From contig NZ_LT934425.1 of assembly GCF_900232105.1 (NCBI RefSeq), positions 2,160,001 to 2,192,000 on the forward strand: a stretch of DNA of 32,000 nucleotides. The letters run 5' to 3'. The translations under genes and the position numbers were made by a program. The notes beneath the pieces were generated by a model. That model saw nothing but the letters and a program-made list of their open reading frames with translations. It did no database searches and was not told the DNA's origin. Of the stretch, positions 23,628 to 31,573 are shown piece after piece. The DNA is from Candidatus Kuenenia stuttgartensis (lineage in GTDB: Bacteria; Planctomycetota; Brocadiia; Brocadiales; Brocadiaceae). Each line of letters opens with the position of its first letter. The first letter of the stretch is position 1.

Positions 23628-24911
23628 TTATTTAAACGCCTCCGCCATCTTTTTCTCAAGCATCTTGTAGCTAAGTGTTTCTTTATAAAGTCCGTATTTT
23701 TCCCAAATCTCTTCTTTCCCGTGATACTTATTTGGGTATATCCTGTAGTCGCCCCTGTACTTCTCAGGCGTCAGATTAAACATAAGCGAATTTGCGCCTG
23801 AAGAGAGTCCGAGCCGTCTTCCTTCTTCATTTTCAATGGTTTCAAGGGCGGTAGTGACCGGTATCTTTGCCTTTGGCATCAGCAATCTTGAAACGGCCGT
23901 TACCTTAAGCGTCATTGCCGCACTACCCGCCGGATGCACAGCCATAGGAGTGGTGTCTGTGGGTATAAACGGGCCTGCGGTCACCATGTTTGCGCCAATG
24001 GATTTAATAGTTATTATATCATCCGCTATATCCTCAACCGTCTGTCCGGGCAGCCCGATGAGAAACCCTGTGGCAATAAAATATCCCATCTTCTTCATTT
24101 CCATGAGTAGCGCAATCCTATCATCGAATGACTGGCCGGGGTGAAGGGAATGATAGAGCGCCTTGTTTGAAGTTTCAAAACGAAACAGAACGCCGTTTGC
24201 CCCGGCATCTTTCATTTTTCTGTAACCTTCTGACGTTCGTTCCCCAACGCTCATAAATATAAAAACCTTACACTTCTCCTTTATTTTTCTGATGATCCCG
24301 GACAGTATCTCGTTGGTATAGGATAAGTCGTCGCCCGACTGGAGAACTATAAGTTTATATCCGCGGTGGTTTACGGCGTCATACACGGAATTTACTATTT
24401 CATCCGGCGTCATTCTGTAACGCCGGACATTTTTTGAGTCCCTTCTGAGTCCGCAGTATAGGCAGTTCCTGACGCAATAGTTTGAAAACTCTACTATGCC
24501 GTGTATGCAGAAAAAATCCCTTAGCCTTGCCTGTCTTATGGTATTTGCCTCTGAAAACATGGCGGTCATCTCCGCATCCTCGCTGGTGCTGAGAAGCCTT
24601 ATTATCTCTTCGCGTTTAAGCTCTCTGGTGTGGCAAGCCTTGAGTATCTCCAGAAATGCGGCATCGAGCTTCGAAATATCTACATAACTTTTAGGCTCAA
24701 GGAGATCCAGTATTTCCCTCGCATCGTCTTCGCTTATTTTTTCCACCGCCGTATCAGAGGCGTAAAGAATCCAGTCACCGGCATGGACGTCAGTAAGCAA
24801 TGCGATTATCGATCTTTCGCCTTTTGAATCACGAATAGTAATTCTTCTTGCAGGCAAATTATCGGGTGAATCTTCAACGAATAGTACTTTTGCAGGAATG
24901 GTAAGGCACAT
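23628..24911 (-). CDS. hydE: Fusion protein: HypC/HupF-like N-terminal domain + HydE-type radical SAM maturase
   Basis: The start is taken at MCLTIPAKV (24911), which is the HypC-family N-terminal Met-Cys motif. It is followed by ...GDWILYASDTAVEKISEDDAREILDLL (HypC beta-barrel plus helix pattern). After a linker comes the HydE-like core IVEFSNYCVRNCLYCGLRRDSKNVRRYRMTPDEIV ... GFLIGLPGQT. The 27 codons upstream in the track ORF run into a dispersed repeat and are rejected. Confidence 0.75.
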   Translation of the reverse strand: MCLTIPAKVLFVEDSPDNLPARRITIRDSKGERSIIALLTDVHAGDWILYASDTAVEKISEDDAREILDLLEPKSYVDISKLDAAFLEILKACHTRELKREEIIRLLSTSEDAEMTAMFSEANTIRQARLRDFFCIHGIVEFSNYCVRNCLYCGLRRDSKNVRRYRMTPDEIVNSVYDAVNHRGYKLIVLQSGDDLSYTNEILSGIIRKIKEKCKVFIFMSVGERTSEGYRKMKDAGANGVLFRFETSNKALYHSLHPGQSFDDRIALLMEMKKMGYFIATGFLIGLPGQTVEDIADDIITIKSIGANMVTAGPFIPTDTTPMAVHPAGSAAMTLKVTAVSRLLMPKAKIPVTTALETIENEEGRRLGLSSGANSLMFNLTPEKYRGDYRIYPNKYHGKEEIWEKYGLYKETLSYKMLEKKMAEAFK

Positions 24912-24953
24912 AACAAAACCTCTTTGTTTGCAACAGGTTAGATTTTTGAAAAA

Positions 24954-25087
24954 GTAGGGGCGAAGCATTTGCCCGTTTGGGTATGAACGCATTCATGATA
25001 ATTTATAGCAAATGCTTCGCCCCTACACTTTACACTATGCGGAAAACATCGCTATTATTGGAATTTTTCAAAAAACTAAAATGTTAC
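24954..25087. repeat. 19-bp perfect inverted repeat plus a solo family-B-like MITE terminus
   Basis: GTAGGGGCGAAGCATTTGC (24954-24972) and GCAAATGCTTCGCCCCTAC (25008-25026) are separated by a 35-nt spacer. GAATTTTTCAAAAAACTAAAATGTTAC (25061-25087) matches the B2 terminus. A related arm fragment (AGGGCGAAGCATTTGC) occurs near 25781. Confidence 0.7.
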
Positions 25088-25101
25088 AAGAGTTCTTTTT
25101 T

Positions 25102-25725
25102 TTAACTCTCTTTCCAATCTATCAATTTACCAGACGGCGGAAGGGTTTTTTTTTGAATAAGCATCTGTAAAAGTTCATCAGGGTTGTCCGACCTCAGAAT
25201 TAGCTGGCCATGTTCCGGTCTTGCGAAGCGTTCTCTGATAATATGGTCTATAAATTGCAGCAACAGATCGAAATATCCTTCTACGTTAAGTATGCCGATC
25301 GGTTTTGCGTGCAATTCCAACTGCGACCATGTGACAATCTCAAAAAATTCGTCCATCGTGCCACATCCGCCCGGCATAGCGATAAAGGCGTCGGATAACT
25401 GTACCATCAGCGTCTTTCTCTCGTGCATGCTGGCAACTTCGTGAAATTCCGTTACTTCGCGGCGAACAATTTCTCTGGAAAAAAGCGCCTTCGGTATTAC
25501 CCCGATAACCTCTCCCTTTTCGCGCATAACGGTTTCCGCAATAACTCCCATGAGCCCGACACTGCCTCCTCCGTATACAAGCCCAATGCCGCGGGCGGTT
25601 AGTGCCTTTCCCAGTTTTTTTGCCGCATCCTTATATGCGGGACGTTGTCCGCTGTTTGACCCGCAAAATACGCAAATACGTTTTACGGGAATATTGTTTT
25701 CCATGTCCATTGAATTTCTGTTCAT
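25102..25725 (-). CDS. LOG-family protein (TIGR00730-type nucleotide phosphoribohydrolase / lysine-decarboxylase-like)
   Basis: 207 aa with ICVFCGS, GLVYGGGSVGLMG and the PGGCGTMDEFFE motif. Confidence 0.85.
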   Translation of the reverse strand: MNRNSMDMENNIPVKRICVFCGSNSGQRPAYKDAAKKLGKALTARGIGLVYGGGSVGLMGVIAETVMREKGEVIGVIPKALFSREIVRREVTEFHEVASMHERKTLMVQLSDAFIAMPGGCGTMDEFFEIVTWSQLELHAKPIGILNVEGYFDLLLQFIDHIIRERFARPEHGQLILRSDNPDELLQMLIQKKTLPPSGKLIDWKES

Positions 25726-25806
25726 TGCAAAAAAGAGTTTTTATAACAATTTAGTATTTTGAAAATTTCCAACAAGTGTAAGGGCGAAGCATTTGCTATA
25801 AGTTGT

Positions 25807-26529
25807 TCAACTTCTTATCTTGTCTTTTACAATTTCTTTTTTCAAGCTTGTGATAGAACCAGTAGGATTCAAGTCTTTCGGGCATACTTCCTGGCAATTG
25901 AACACAGAATGACAGCGCCATACGCCGTTTTCACTGTTTACAATAGCCAGCCGTTCCTGCCGTGCTCCGTCCCGGCTGTCGGAAACAAATCTGTCAATAT
26001 TGAGAAAAGACATTGGCCCCAGATAATCTTCGTGCATCGCTGTTATTGGACAGGAAGAGTGGCAGCATGCGCACAATATGCAGTCTATTAACCCATTCAG
26101 TTTTGATCTTTCATCCGTACTCTGTATTTGTTCCCCCTCAGAGGGCAATGGCCTTCCGGGCATGAGGTATGGTTTTATCTGCTCGTACTTTTCCCAAAAG
26201 GGTTTCATATCGACAAAGAGGTCTTTTTGTATTGCCATGTGGGCGAGGGGGCGAATGGTAACCGTCTTCGTATTCAGTTTGGAAATAAGAGTATTACAGG
26301 CAAGCCGGTATTTCCCGTTGATATGCATGGCGCATGAACCACAAACGGCGGCACGGCAGGACGACCGAAAGGCGAGAGAATCATCCCTATGCTGCTGAAT
26401 GTAAACAAGCCCTTCCAGCACAGTGAGATCTTTTCTCGTAAACGGTATTTCATATTTTTGGAAATATGCTTCCTTATCGCTGGCCGGATTAAACCGGAAG
26501 ATATTAAAGGAAATGGTATCGTTTGTCAT
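25807..26529 (-). CDS. Succinate dehydrogenase / fumarate reductase iron-sulfur subunit-like protein
   Basis: 240 aa. The 2Fe-2S motif is CRAAVCGSCAMHINGKYRLAC, the 4Fe-4S motif is CILCACCHSSCP and the third cluster motif is CHSVFNCQEVCP. The ATG overlaps the ftsY stop (ATGA). No flavoprotein or membrane subunit is adjacent. Confidence 0.8.
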   Translation of the reverse strand: MTNDTISFNIFRFNPASDKEAYFQKYEIPFTRKDLTVLEGLVYIQQHRDDSLAFRSSCRAAVCGSCAMHINGKYRLACNTLISKLNTKTVTIRPLAHMAIQKDLFVDMKPFWEKYEQIKPYLMPGRPLPSEGEQIQSTDERSKLNGLIDCILCACCHSSCPITAMHEDYLGPMSFLNIDRFVSDSRDGARQERLAIVNSENGVWRCHSVFNCQEVCPKDLNPTGSITSLKKEIVKDKIRS

Positions 26530-27797
26530 TGTTCTAATAAGGTTTCTACAAACAAGTCCGGGTTGAATCTTTCAATATCGTCCGCCTGTTCTCCAAGCCC
26601 GATAAATTTAACAGGGATTTCTGTTTCATTGCACATGCCAAGCACTATGCCGCCTTTTGCCGTACCGTCCAGTTTTGCCAGAAATATTCCGGTGACGTCC
26701 ACGGCCTCCCTGAACATCCTGGCCTGTGAAATAGCATTTTGTCCGGTAGTTGCGTCGAGCACCAGTAATACCTCATGCGGCGCATCGGGTATTTTTTTTT
26801 TAATAACCCTCTTTATTTTTATAAGTTCTTTCATAAGATTATCGTGGGTATGGAGACGTCCTGCGGTGTCTACGATTAAAACATCAACACCACGGGCGAT
26901 GCTTGCTTCCATGGCGTCGTATGCGACAGCGGCGGGGTCAGAACCCGTTTGATGCTTTACAATATCTGCCCCGATGCGTTTGCACCAGATATCCAGTTGG
27001 TCTACTGCCGCTGCCCGGAAAGTATCGCCTGCGGCAAGCATTACCTTTTTGCCTTCCTTCATCAAAAAACTCGCGAGCTTCGCGATGGAGGTAGTTTTGC
27101 CCACCCCGTTAACGCCAACTACCATAATGACGGTAGGCCGTTTATCTGCGTATTGAATATCCGTCTGCCACGAATGCAAACCGTCCTTCAGGCGGTCTTT
27201 GATAAAATCATTTATTTGTGATGTTTCGGTAATTGCTTTCTCTTTCCATGCCTCGCGTATTTCTTCGATAAGTTTTTGTACCGGACGCACCCCTATATCC
27301 GCTCCAATGAGAATATCTTCCAATTCTTCAAGAGCTGATTCATCAATGCCTTGTCTGAATGATAAAAAATCTTTTAAACGCAGCCAAAACCGGCCCCGTG
27401 TCTTTTCGAGCCCTTTTTTTAACTTGCCCGGCACAGCAACAGGTTCTTTTTTGATAACGGGTTTTTCTTTTATTTCCTCAACAACCGGTATCTCTTCCGG
27501 AACAACAAGCTCTTCCGGTGGTGCTTTCTCCAGGACAGACATTTCAGGCGGGGCGAAAACCGGTTTCACCGGAGGCGCTTTTTCCACTACGGCTGTTTCA
27601 GCAGGAACGTGCTTTTCCACCACCGCTTTTTCCGCAAGCACAGGCACCTGATCAAAAGGTACCAGCCGTATCGTGCCTTCTTCTTCAATAACAACCTTTT
27701 TTCTCGGTTCAACGGTGTAGTTTATGATGCGGTACCAAAGGCTCTTTTTGGTCTTTTGAATGCCGTTTTTTACTTCAGTCTTTTGTGTTTTTCCCAT
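26526..27797 (-). CDS. ftsY: Signal recognition particle receptor FtsY
   Basis: 423 aa. The N-terminal region is P/E/V-rich and acidic. The NG domain carries GVNGVGKTT, DTAGR and TKLDGTAKGG-like (AKLDGTAKGG) motifs. Confidence 0.93.
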   Translation of the reverse strand: MGKTQKTEVKNGIQKTKKSLWYRIINYTVEPRKKVVIEEEGTIRLVPFDQVPVLAEKAVVEKHVPAETAVVEKAPPVKPVFAPPEMSVLEKAPPEELVVPEEIPVVEEIKEKPVIKKEPVAVPGKLKKGLEKTRGRFWLRLKDFLSFRQGIDESALEELEDILIGADIGVRPVQKLIEEIREAWKEKAITETSQINDFIKDRLKDGLHSWQTDIQYADKRPTVIMVVGVNGVGKTTSIAKLASFLMKEGKKVMLAAGDTFRAAAVDQLDIWCKRIGADIVKHQTGSDPAAVAYDAMEASIARGVDVLIVDTAGRLHTHDNLMKELIKIKRVIKKKIPDAPHEVLLVLDATTGQNAISQARMFREAVDVTGIFLAKLDGTAKGGIVLGMCNETEIPVKFIGLGEQADDIERFNPDLFVETLLEQ

Positions 27798-27848
27798 ATA
27801 TTCCTGTCCTGTTTTTGTATTTTTGTATTTTCAAATGTTAAAAAAAAA

Positions 27849-29117
27849 TCAATTATTGCGGCATCGCTGTTTCAACAGTTTCACAAGGTTCCCCGGTATA
27901 GAGATCTTTGCTATCGGAGTGTCAACCTTTCTTTTTCCGTGAAAGTCGGAACCGCCGGTTGCCACAAGGTCATATTTTTTTGCGAGTTTGAGGTATTTCT
28001 CCACGGTAGCTTTAGTATATGCAGGGTAGTACACTTCTATTCCCTGCAAACCATACCTTACAAGGTCCTCAATTAAATTATCCCGTTGTGTAAGTCCCGG
28101 ATGGGCAAGCACCGGAGCCCCTTTCGCTTCTCTTATCAGCTCTATTGCCTCTTGTGGAGTTAAGGTTTTTTTGGGAACATATGCGGGCGCTTTATCACCA
28201 ATGTATTTATAAAAGGCATCCACTAATGTGCTGGTATATCCGTTGCGCCAGATTACTTCTGCTAAATGCATACGTCCAGGTGAACCTTCCCCTGCAAGAT
28301 CAAACACTTCAACCGGATTGATCTCTACCTGAAGCCCGTGCAGTTTTTCTATCATTTTGTAAATACGTTCAATTCTGTCCTCACGTGCCTTTTTCATTAA
28401 TCCAATTAATGCATCATTATGAATATCAATAAAATAACCTAAAATATGTATTTCTGAAGGGTCCAGAAATGCAGAAATTTCTATGGCGGGAATAATTTGC
28501 AAATTCCCCCCTTTATTGTATTTGTCTGCCCTCAAAAATCCCTGAATAGTATCATGATCGGTGATGGCAATTGCGGATAAACCCAGTCGTATGGCTTCAT
28601 CAACAACCTCTTCCGGCGTTGCAGTGCCATCGGAGAAATTTGTGTGTATATGTAAGTCGGAAATGCCAAAATCAGGGGCTTTTTCCTCTTGTATCGTGTC
28701 TTTCTGTTTTCCGTTTTTCAGCCAATTGTATACTTTATCTAAAATACCATTAACAAACATCCCGGAATCTTTATCGCCGAATTTTTTGGCAAGTTCTATT
28801 GCTTCATTAATAGAAACCTTTGGTGGGATGTCATCTCTATAGAGCAACTCATACACGCCAAGTCTCAGGATGTTCTTGTCAATGACGGCCATCCGGTGCA
28901 AATCCCAGTTTTCCGCGGAAAGTGAAATTCTTTCATCGATCTCTTTTACATGAGATCTGCAGCCCGTGACAAGCAACAGGGCAAACTTATATATATCAGG
29001 TTTTTCCGCATTCTGCCGGCAGAATTCATCTATTTCCGTTTCCGCTTTGTCTCCGAGTAAATCGAGCTGATACAACGCTTTAATGGCAAGCTCGCGGGCA
29101 ATTGTTCTGTTGCGCAT
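27849..29117 (-). CDS. nusB: Fusion protein: NusB antitermination factor + PHP-domain phosphoesterase (TrpH/YciV, RNase AM-like)
   Basis: aa 1-~140 read RTIARELAIKALYQLDL...INEAIELAKKFGDKDSGMFVNGILDKV (NusB). aa ~150-422 read ISDLHIHTNFSDGTATPEEVVDEAIRLGLSAIAITDHDT ... LAHPG ... GIEVYYP ... ATGGSDFHG (PHP metal-binding motifs). It lies downstream of ribH, the classic ribH-nusB arrangement. Confidence 0.8.
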   Translation of the reverse strand: MRNRTIARELAIKALYQLDLLGDKAETEIDEFCRQNAEKPDIYKFALLLVTGCRSHVKEIDERISLSAENWDLHRMAVIDKNILRLGVYELLYRDDIPPKVSINEAIELAKKFGDKDSGMFVNGILDKVYNWLKNGKQKDTIQEEKAPDFGISDLHIHTNFSDGTATPEEVVDEAIRLGLSAIAITDHDTIQGFLRADKYNKGGNLQIIPAIEISAFLDPSEIHILGYFIDIHNDALIGLMKKAREDRIERIYKMIEKLHGLQVEINPVEVFDLAGEGSPGRMHLAEVIWRNGYTSTLVDAFYKYIGDKAPAYVPKKTLTPQEAIELIREAKGAPVLAHPGLTQRDNLIEDLVRYGLQGIEVYYPAYTKATVEKYLKLAKKYDLVATGGSDFHGKRKVDTPIAKISIPGNLVKLLKQRCRNN

Positions 29118-29455
29118 ATAATACTTTCAGACCAAAATAAAAAAAATTAACATAATTAATGAAGAATAATGATGTGTCTCTGAGTTTGATGAATAAAGGG
29201 AAAATAAATAGTTGCACAAATGGGAACATGCGGGATTATTATCAATAATCGTCATGCGGCAGCATGAAAATATACTGTAAGGGCTTACAAACAGGGATTT
29301 CTATGTTTACTCATAACTTTTGTTTTAATAACTGGTTATAGCATTTGGGAAATATCCTTTTGTGAACTCCTTGAGTATGCAGTACTTTTTTTACATCGAG
29401 GCGTCTGGTGGGAGAAGTGTTGAAAAAGGGATAACGTATAATGTTTGCTACCGGT

Positions 29456-29920
29456 TTATATTTGATCAAAGAGATTCACCATTTCTATTGCCGATAAAGC
29501 GGCCTCTGTGCCTTTATTTCCTGTTTTCGCACCAGCACGGTCAATTGCTTGCTCTAACGTTTCTGTTGTAATAACTCCATAGATGACCGGTATTCCGGAG
29601 GACAAACCAATCTGCGTAATGCCTTTCGCTGATTCGCTGGCTACAAAATCAAAGTGGGGCGTTTCGCCGCGAATAATCGCTCCAAGGCAAATAACGGCAT
29701 CATACTTTCCTCTTTGTATAACCTTTTGAGCGGTAATGGGAATCTCGTAAGCGCCGGGTACCCAAAAAACGCCAATATCCTCTTCTTTTACCCCATGCCT
29801 TACAAGACCATCAATCGCGCCTTCCAGTAAACGTTTTGTGATGAAACCGTTATATCGGCTCACGATAATCCCAAAGGTCCTGCCCGTACCGATTAATTTC
29901 CCCTGATATTCAACGCCCAT
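29456..29920 (-). CDS. ribH: 6,7-dimethyl-8-ribityllumazine synthase
   Basis: 154 aa with [28 protein letters not shown] and [14 protein letters not shown]. Confidence 0.93.
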   Translation of the reverse strand: MGVEYQGKLIGTGRTFGIIVSRYNGFITKRLLEGAIDGLVRHGVKEEDIGVFWVPGAYEIPITAQKVIQRGKYDAVICLGAIIRGETPHFDFVASESAKGITQIGLSSGIPVIYGVITTETLEQAIDRAGAKTGNKGTEAALSAIEMVNLFDQI

Positions 29921-30175
29921 AAATGATTCCTTCGGAATTCACTAAAAATATGAATAAGGTTGAGATAAAAGTAAAGACCAAAAATCGCTATTTTAAAGGT
30001 AGGATGTTAACATATACAAAAAAATCTTTCAAGGCTTTTCCTTTTTAATAAAGCAACCTATTGCACTTATTGAGGTGTTAATTGTTCCTTGTAATTTCTG
30101 AAATATCGATGTATTATGAAACTCTTTATTTTATTAGAAAACGAGTAGCATCGCAGAGAAATAATAAGGTTTTGT

Positions 30176-31516
30176 GTGGATATAAAAGAGGAAGAGTACG
30201 GGAAAATCGAAGACGCCAGGATGCCTTTAGGCTCACATTTGGAAGAGTTGCGGCGTAGAGTCTTTTATTCTATCATCGCAATTATTTTCTGTTTTATATT
30301 ATGCTGGGTCTTTAAGCTGCACATTTTGGATATAGTAAAGCGGCCTCATGGCATTGCTATGCATAAGCTGGGACTTTCCACCGAATTGCAAGTGCTGAGT
30401 TATCAGGAAGGTTTTTACGCATACATGAAGCTGTGCTTCATCAGCGCCATTTTTTTAATGTATCCCCTTATCATTTATCAGGCATGGAGATTTGTCAGCG
30501 CGGGGCTGTATGCGAAGGAAAAAAGGTACATTCTCGTTTTCTTCCCGGTTTCATACATTGCTTTCGTTATGGGCGGGCTTTTCGGATATTATTTATTAAT
30601 CCCCTTTGGCTTGCAATTTTTAATAAGCATCCTTGGCCCCGGCATTCAACCCATCATTACGATGCAACAATATGTGTCGTTTGTTTTCCTGCTGACGGTC
30701 GCGCTTGGGCTGGTATTTCAACTACCTCTTGTAATGCTGCTTTTGTCAAAGATAGGATTCGTATCTGCAGATAACTTTATTAAGTGGAGAAAATATTCAA
30801 TACTTGTTATTTTCATTATTGCTGCCATAGTAACACCGCCAGACCCTTTTACCCAGACAATGACAGCCGCCCCAATGATCCTGTTGTATGAATTAGGGAT
30901 ACTCGTGGCAAAACCAACAAAAAAGGGGTTTATTTTACTTGGTATGGTTGTTGGGCTTGGTATTGTCGCCCTCGCGGCAGCATATTTTTATTTTACACAT
31001 ACACGAGGAATGATAGACCTTTCCCGCGTCTATGGGAATATGCAATTACAAAAGGCCGAAGATCATAAGTGGAAAAAGGTATCCTCTGTTGACCGCTTCC
31101 ATAGCGGCGTTGTTCTCAAAACCGGCGACGGAGAGAAGTCTTCATTTTCGACTAAAAATGGGATTGGCGTAAACATGGATTCGAATACCGAAATGTACTT
31201 TATTGATCCATGGAAAATTAACCTCCAAAAAGGGCAAATATTTCTCTCCCTTGCAAACTTGAAAAAAAATCTGGAGATTCTTACCCTAAATGGAAAGATT
31301 GTGGCAGATAACGGAATTTTTAATGTCCGGATAACGGAGTACGCCACTATTGTTACTGCGGTAAAGGGAGAAGCCACATTAATGCTGGAAGGTGAAACAA
31401 AAAAATTGCTTGAGGGCAGACAGCGCAAAATGGCTGCCGGGGGAGAACCCGTGGATATTCATTCCATAATTGATTGGTCTGAAGGCATCATAACGGATGT
31501 ACAGGGCAAAGAATAA
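30176..31516 (+). CDS. tatC: TatC twin-arginine translocase subunit with an extra TM helix and a C-terminal FecR-like domain
   Basis: aa ~16-250 form the TatC core (MPLGSHLEELRRR, FVSAGLYAKEKRY, IVTPPDPFTQ). aa ~252-274 form an additional hydrophobic helix (GFILLGMVVGLGIVALAAAYFYF). aa ~280-446 are a beta-rich FecR-like pattern (W..V...D.F..G..LKTGDG..S.F....G..V.MDSNTE......K..L.KGQ.F.....K...LEI.T..G.I.....IFNV........V.AVKGEA.L). The start is either GTG 30176 or ATG 30221. Confidence 0.75.
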   Translation: MDIKEEEYGKIEDARMPLGSHLEELRRRVFYSIIAIIFCFILCWVFKLHILDIVKRPHGIAMHKLGLSTELQVLSYQEGFYAYMKLCFISAIFLMYPLIIYQAWRFVSAGLYAKEKRYILVFFPVSYIAFVMGGLFGYYLLIPFGLQFLISILGPGIQPIITMQQYVSFVFLLTVALGLVFQLPLVMLLLSKIGFVSADNFIKWRKYSILVIFIIAAIVTPPDPFTQTMTAAPMILLYELGILVAKPTKKGFILLGMVVGLGIVALAAAYFYFTHTRGMIDLSRVYGNMQLQKAEDHKWKKVSSVDRFHSGVVLKTGDGEKSSFSTKNGIGVNMDSNTEMYFIDPWKINLQKGQIFLSLANLKKNLEILTLNGKIVADNGIFNVRITEYATIVTAVKGEATLMLEGETKKLLEGRQRKMAAGGEPVDIHSIIDWSEGIITDVQGKE

Positions 31517-31573
31517 AACAGCGGAACTCCTCAATAAGTATAACTATTCAGCGTAAACATTACACGACTCCCT

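Noticed and set aside
23836-24827. Antisense ORFs within hypC-hydE
   Set aside because: These are shadow ORFs.
24912-24992. 27-codon upstream extension of the HydE ORF (MRSYPNGQMLRPYFFKNLTCCKQRGFV)
   Set aside because: It is translated from the arm of the 19-bp inverted repeat. The MCL start matches the obligatory HypC N-terminus.
26078-27651. Plus-strand ORFs of 60-187 aa opposite sdhB and ftsY
   Set aside because: These are shadow ORFs with Ser/Thr/Ala-rich low-complexity translations.
29118-29455. Unusually long (338 bp) AT-rich spacer between ribH and nusB, considered for a small gene or an RNA element
   Set aside because: I see no ORF with an RBS, no conserved-looking helices and no repeat family match, so I cannot support any feature.
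29921-30175. Searched for an FMN riboswitch upstream of ribH
   Set aside because: No FMN-aptamer-like conserved helices are visible. The region looks like a plain AT-rich divergent promoter spacer between ribH and tatC.
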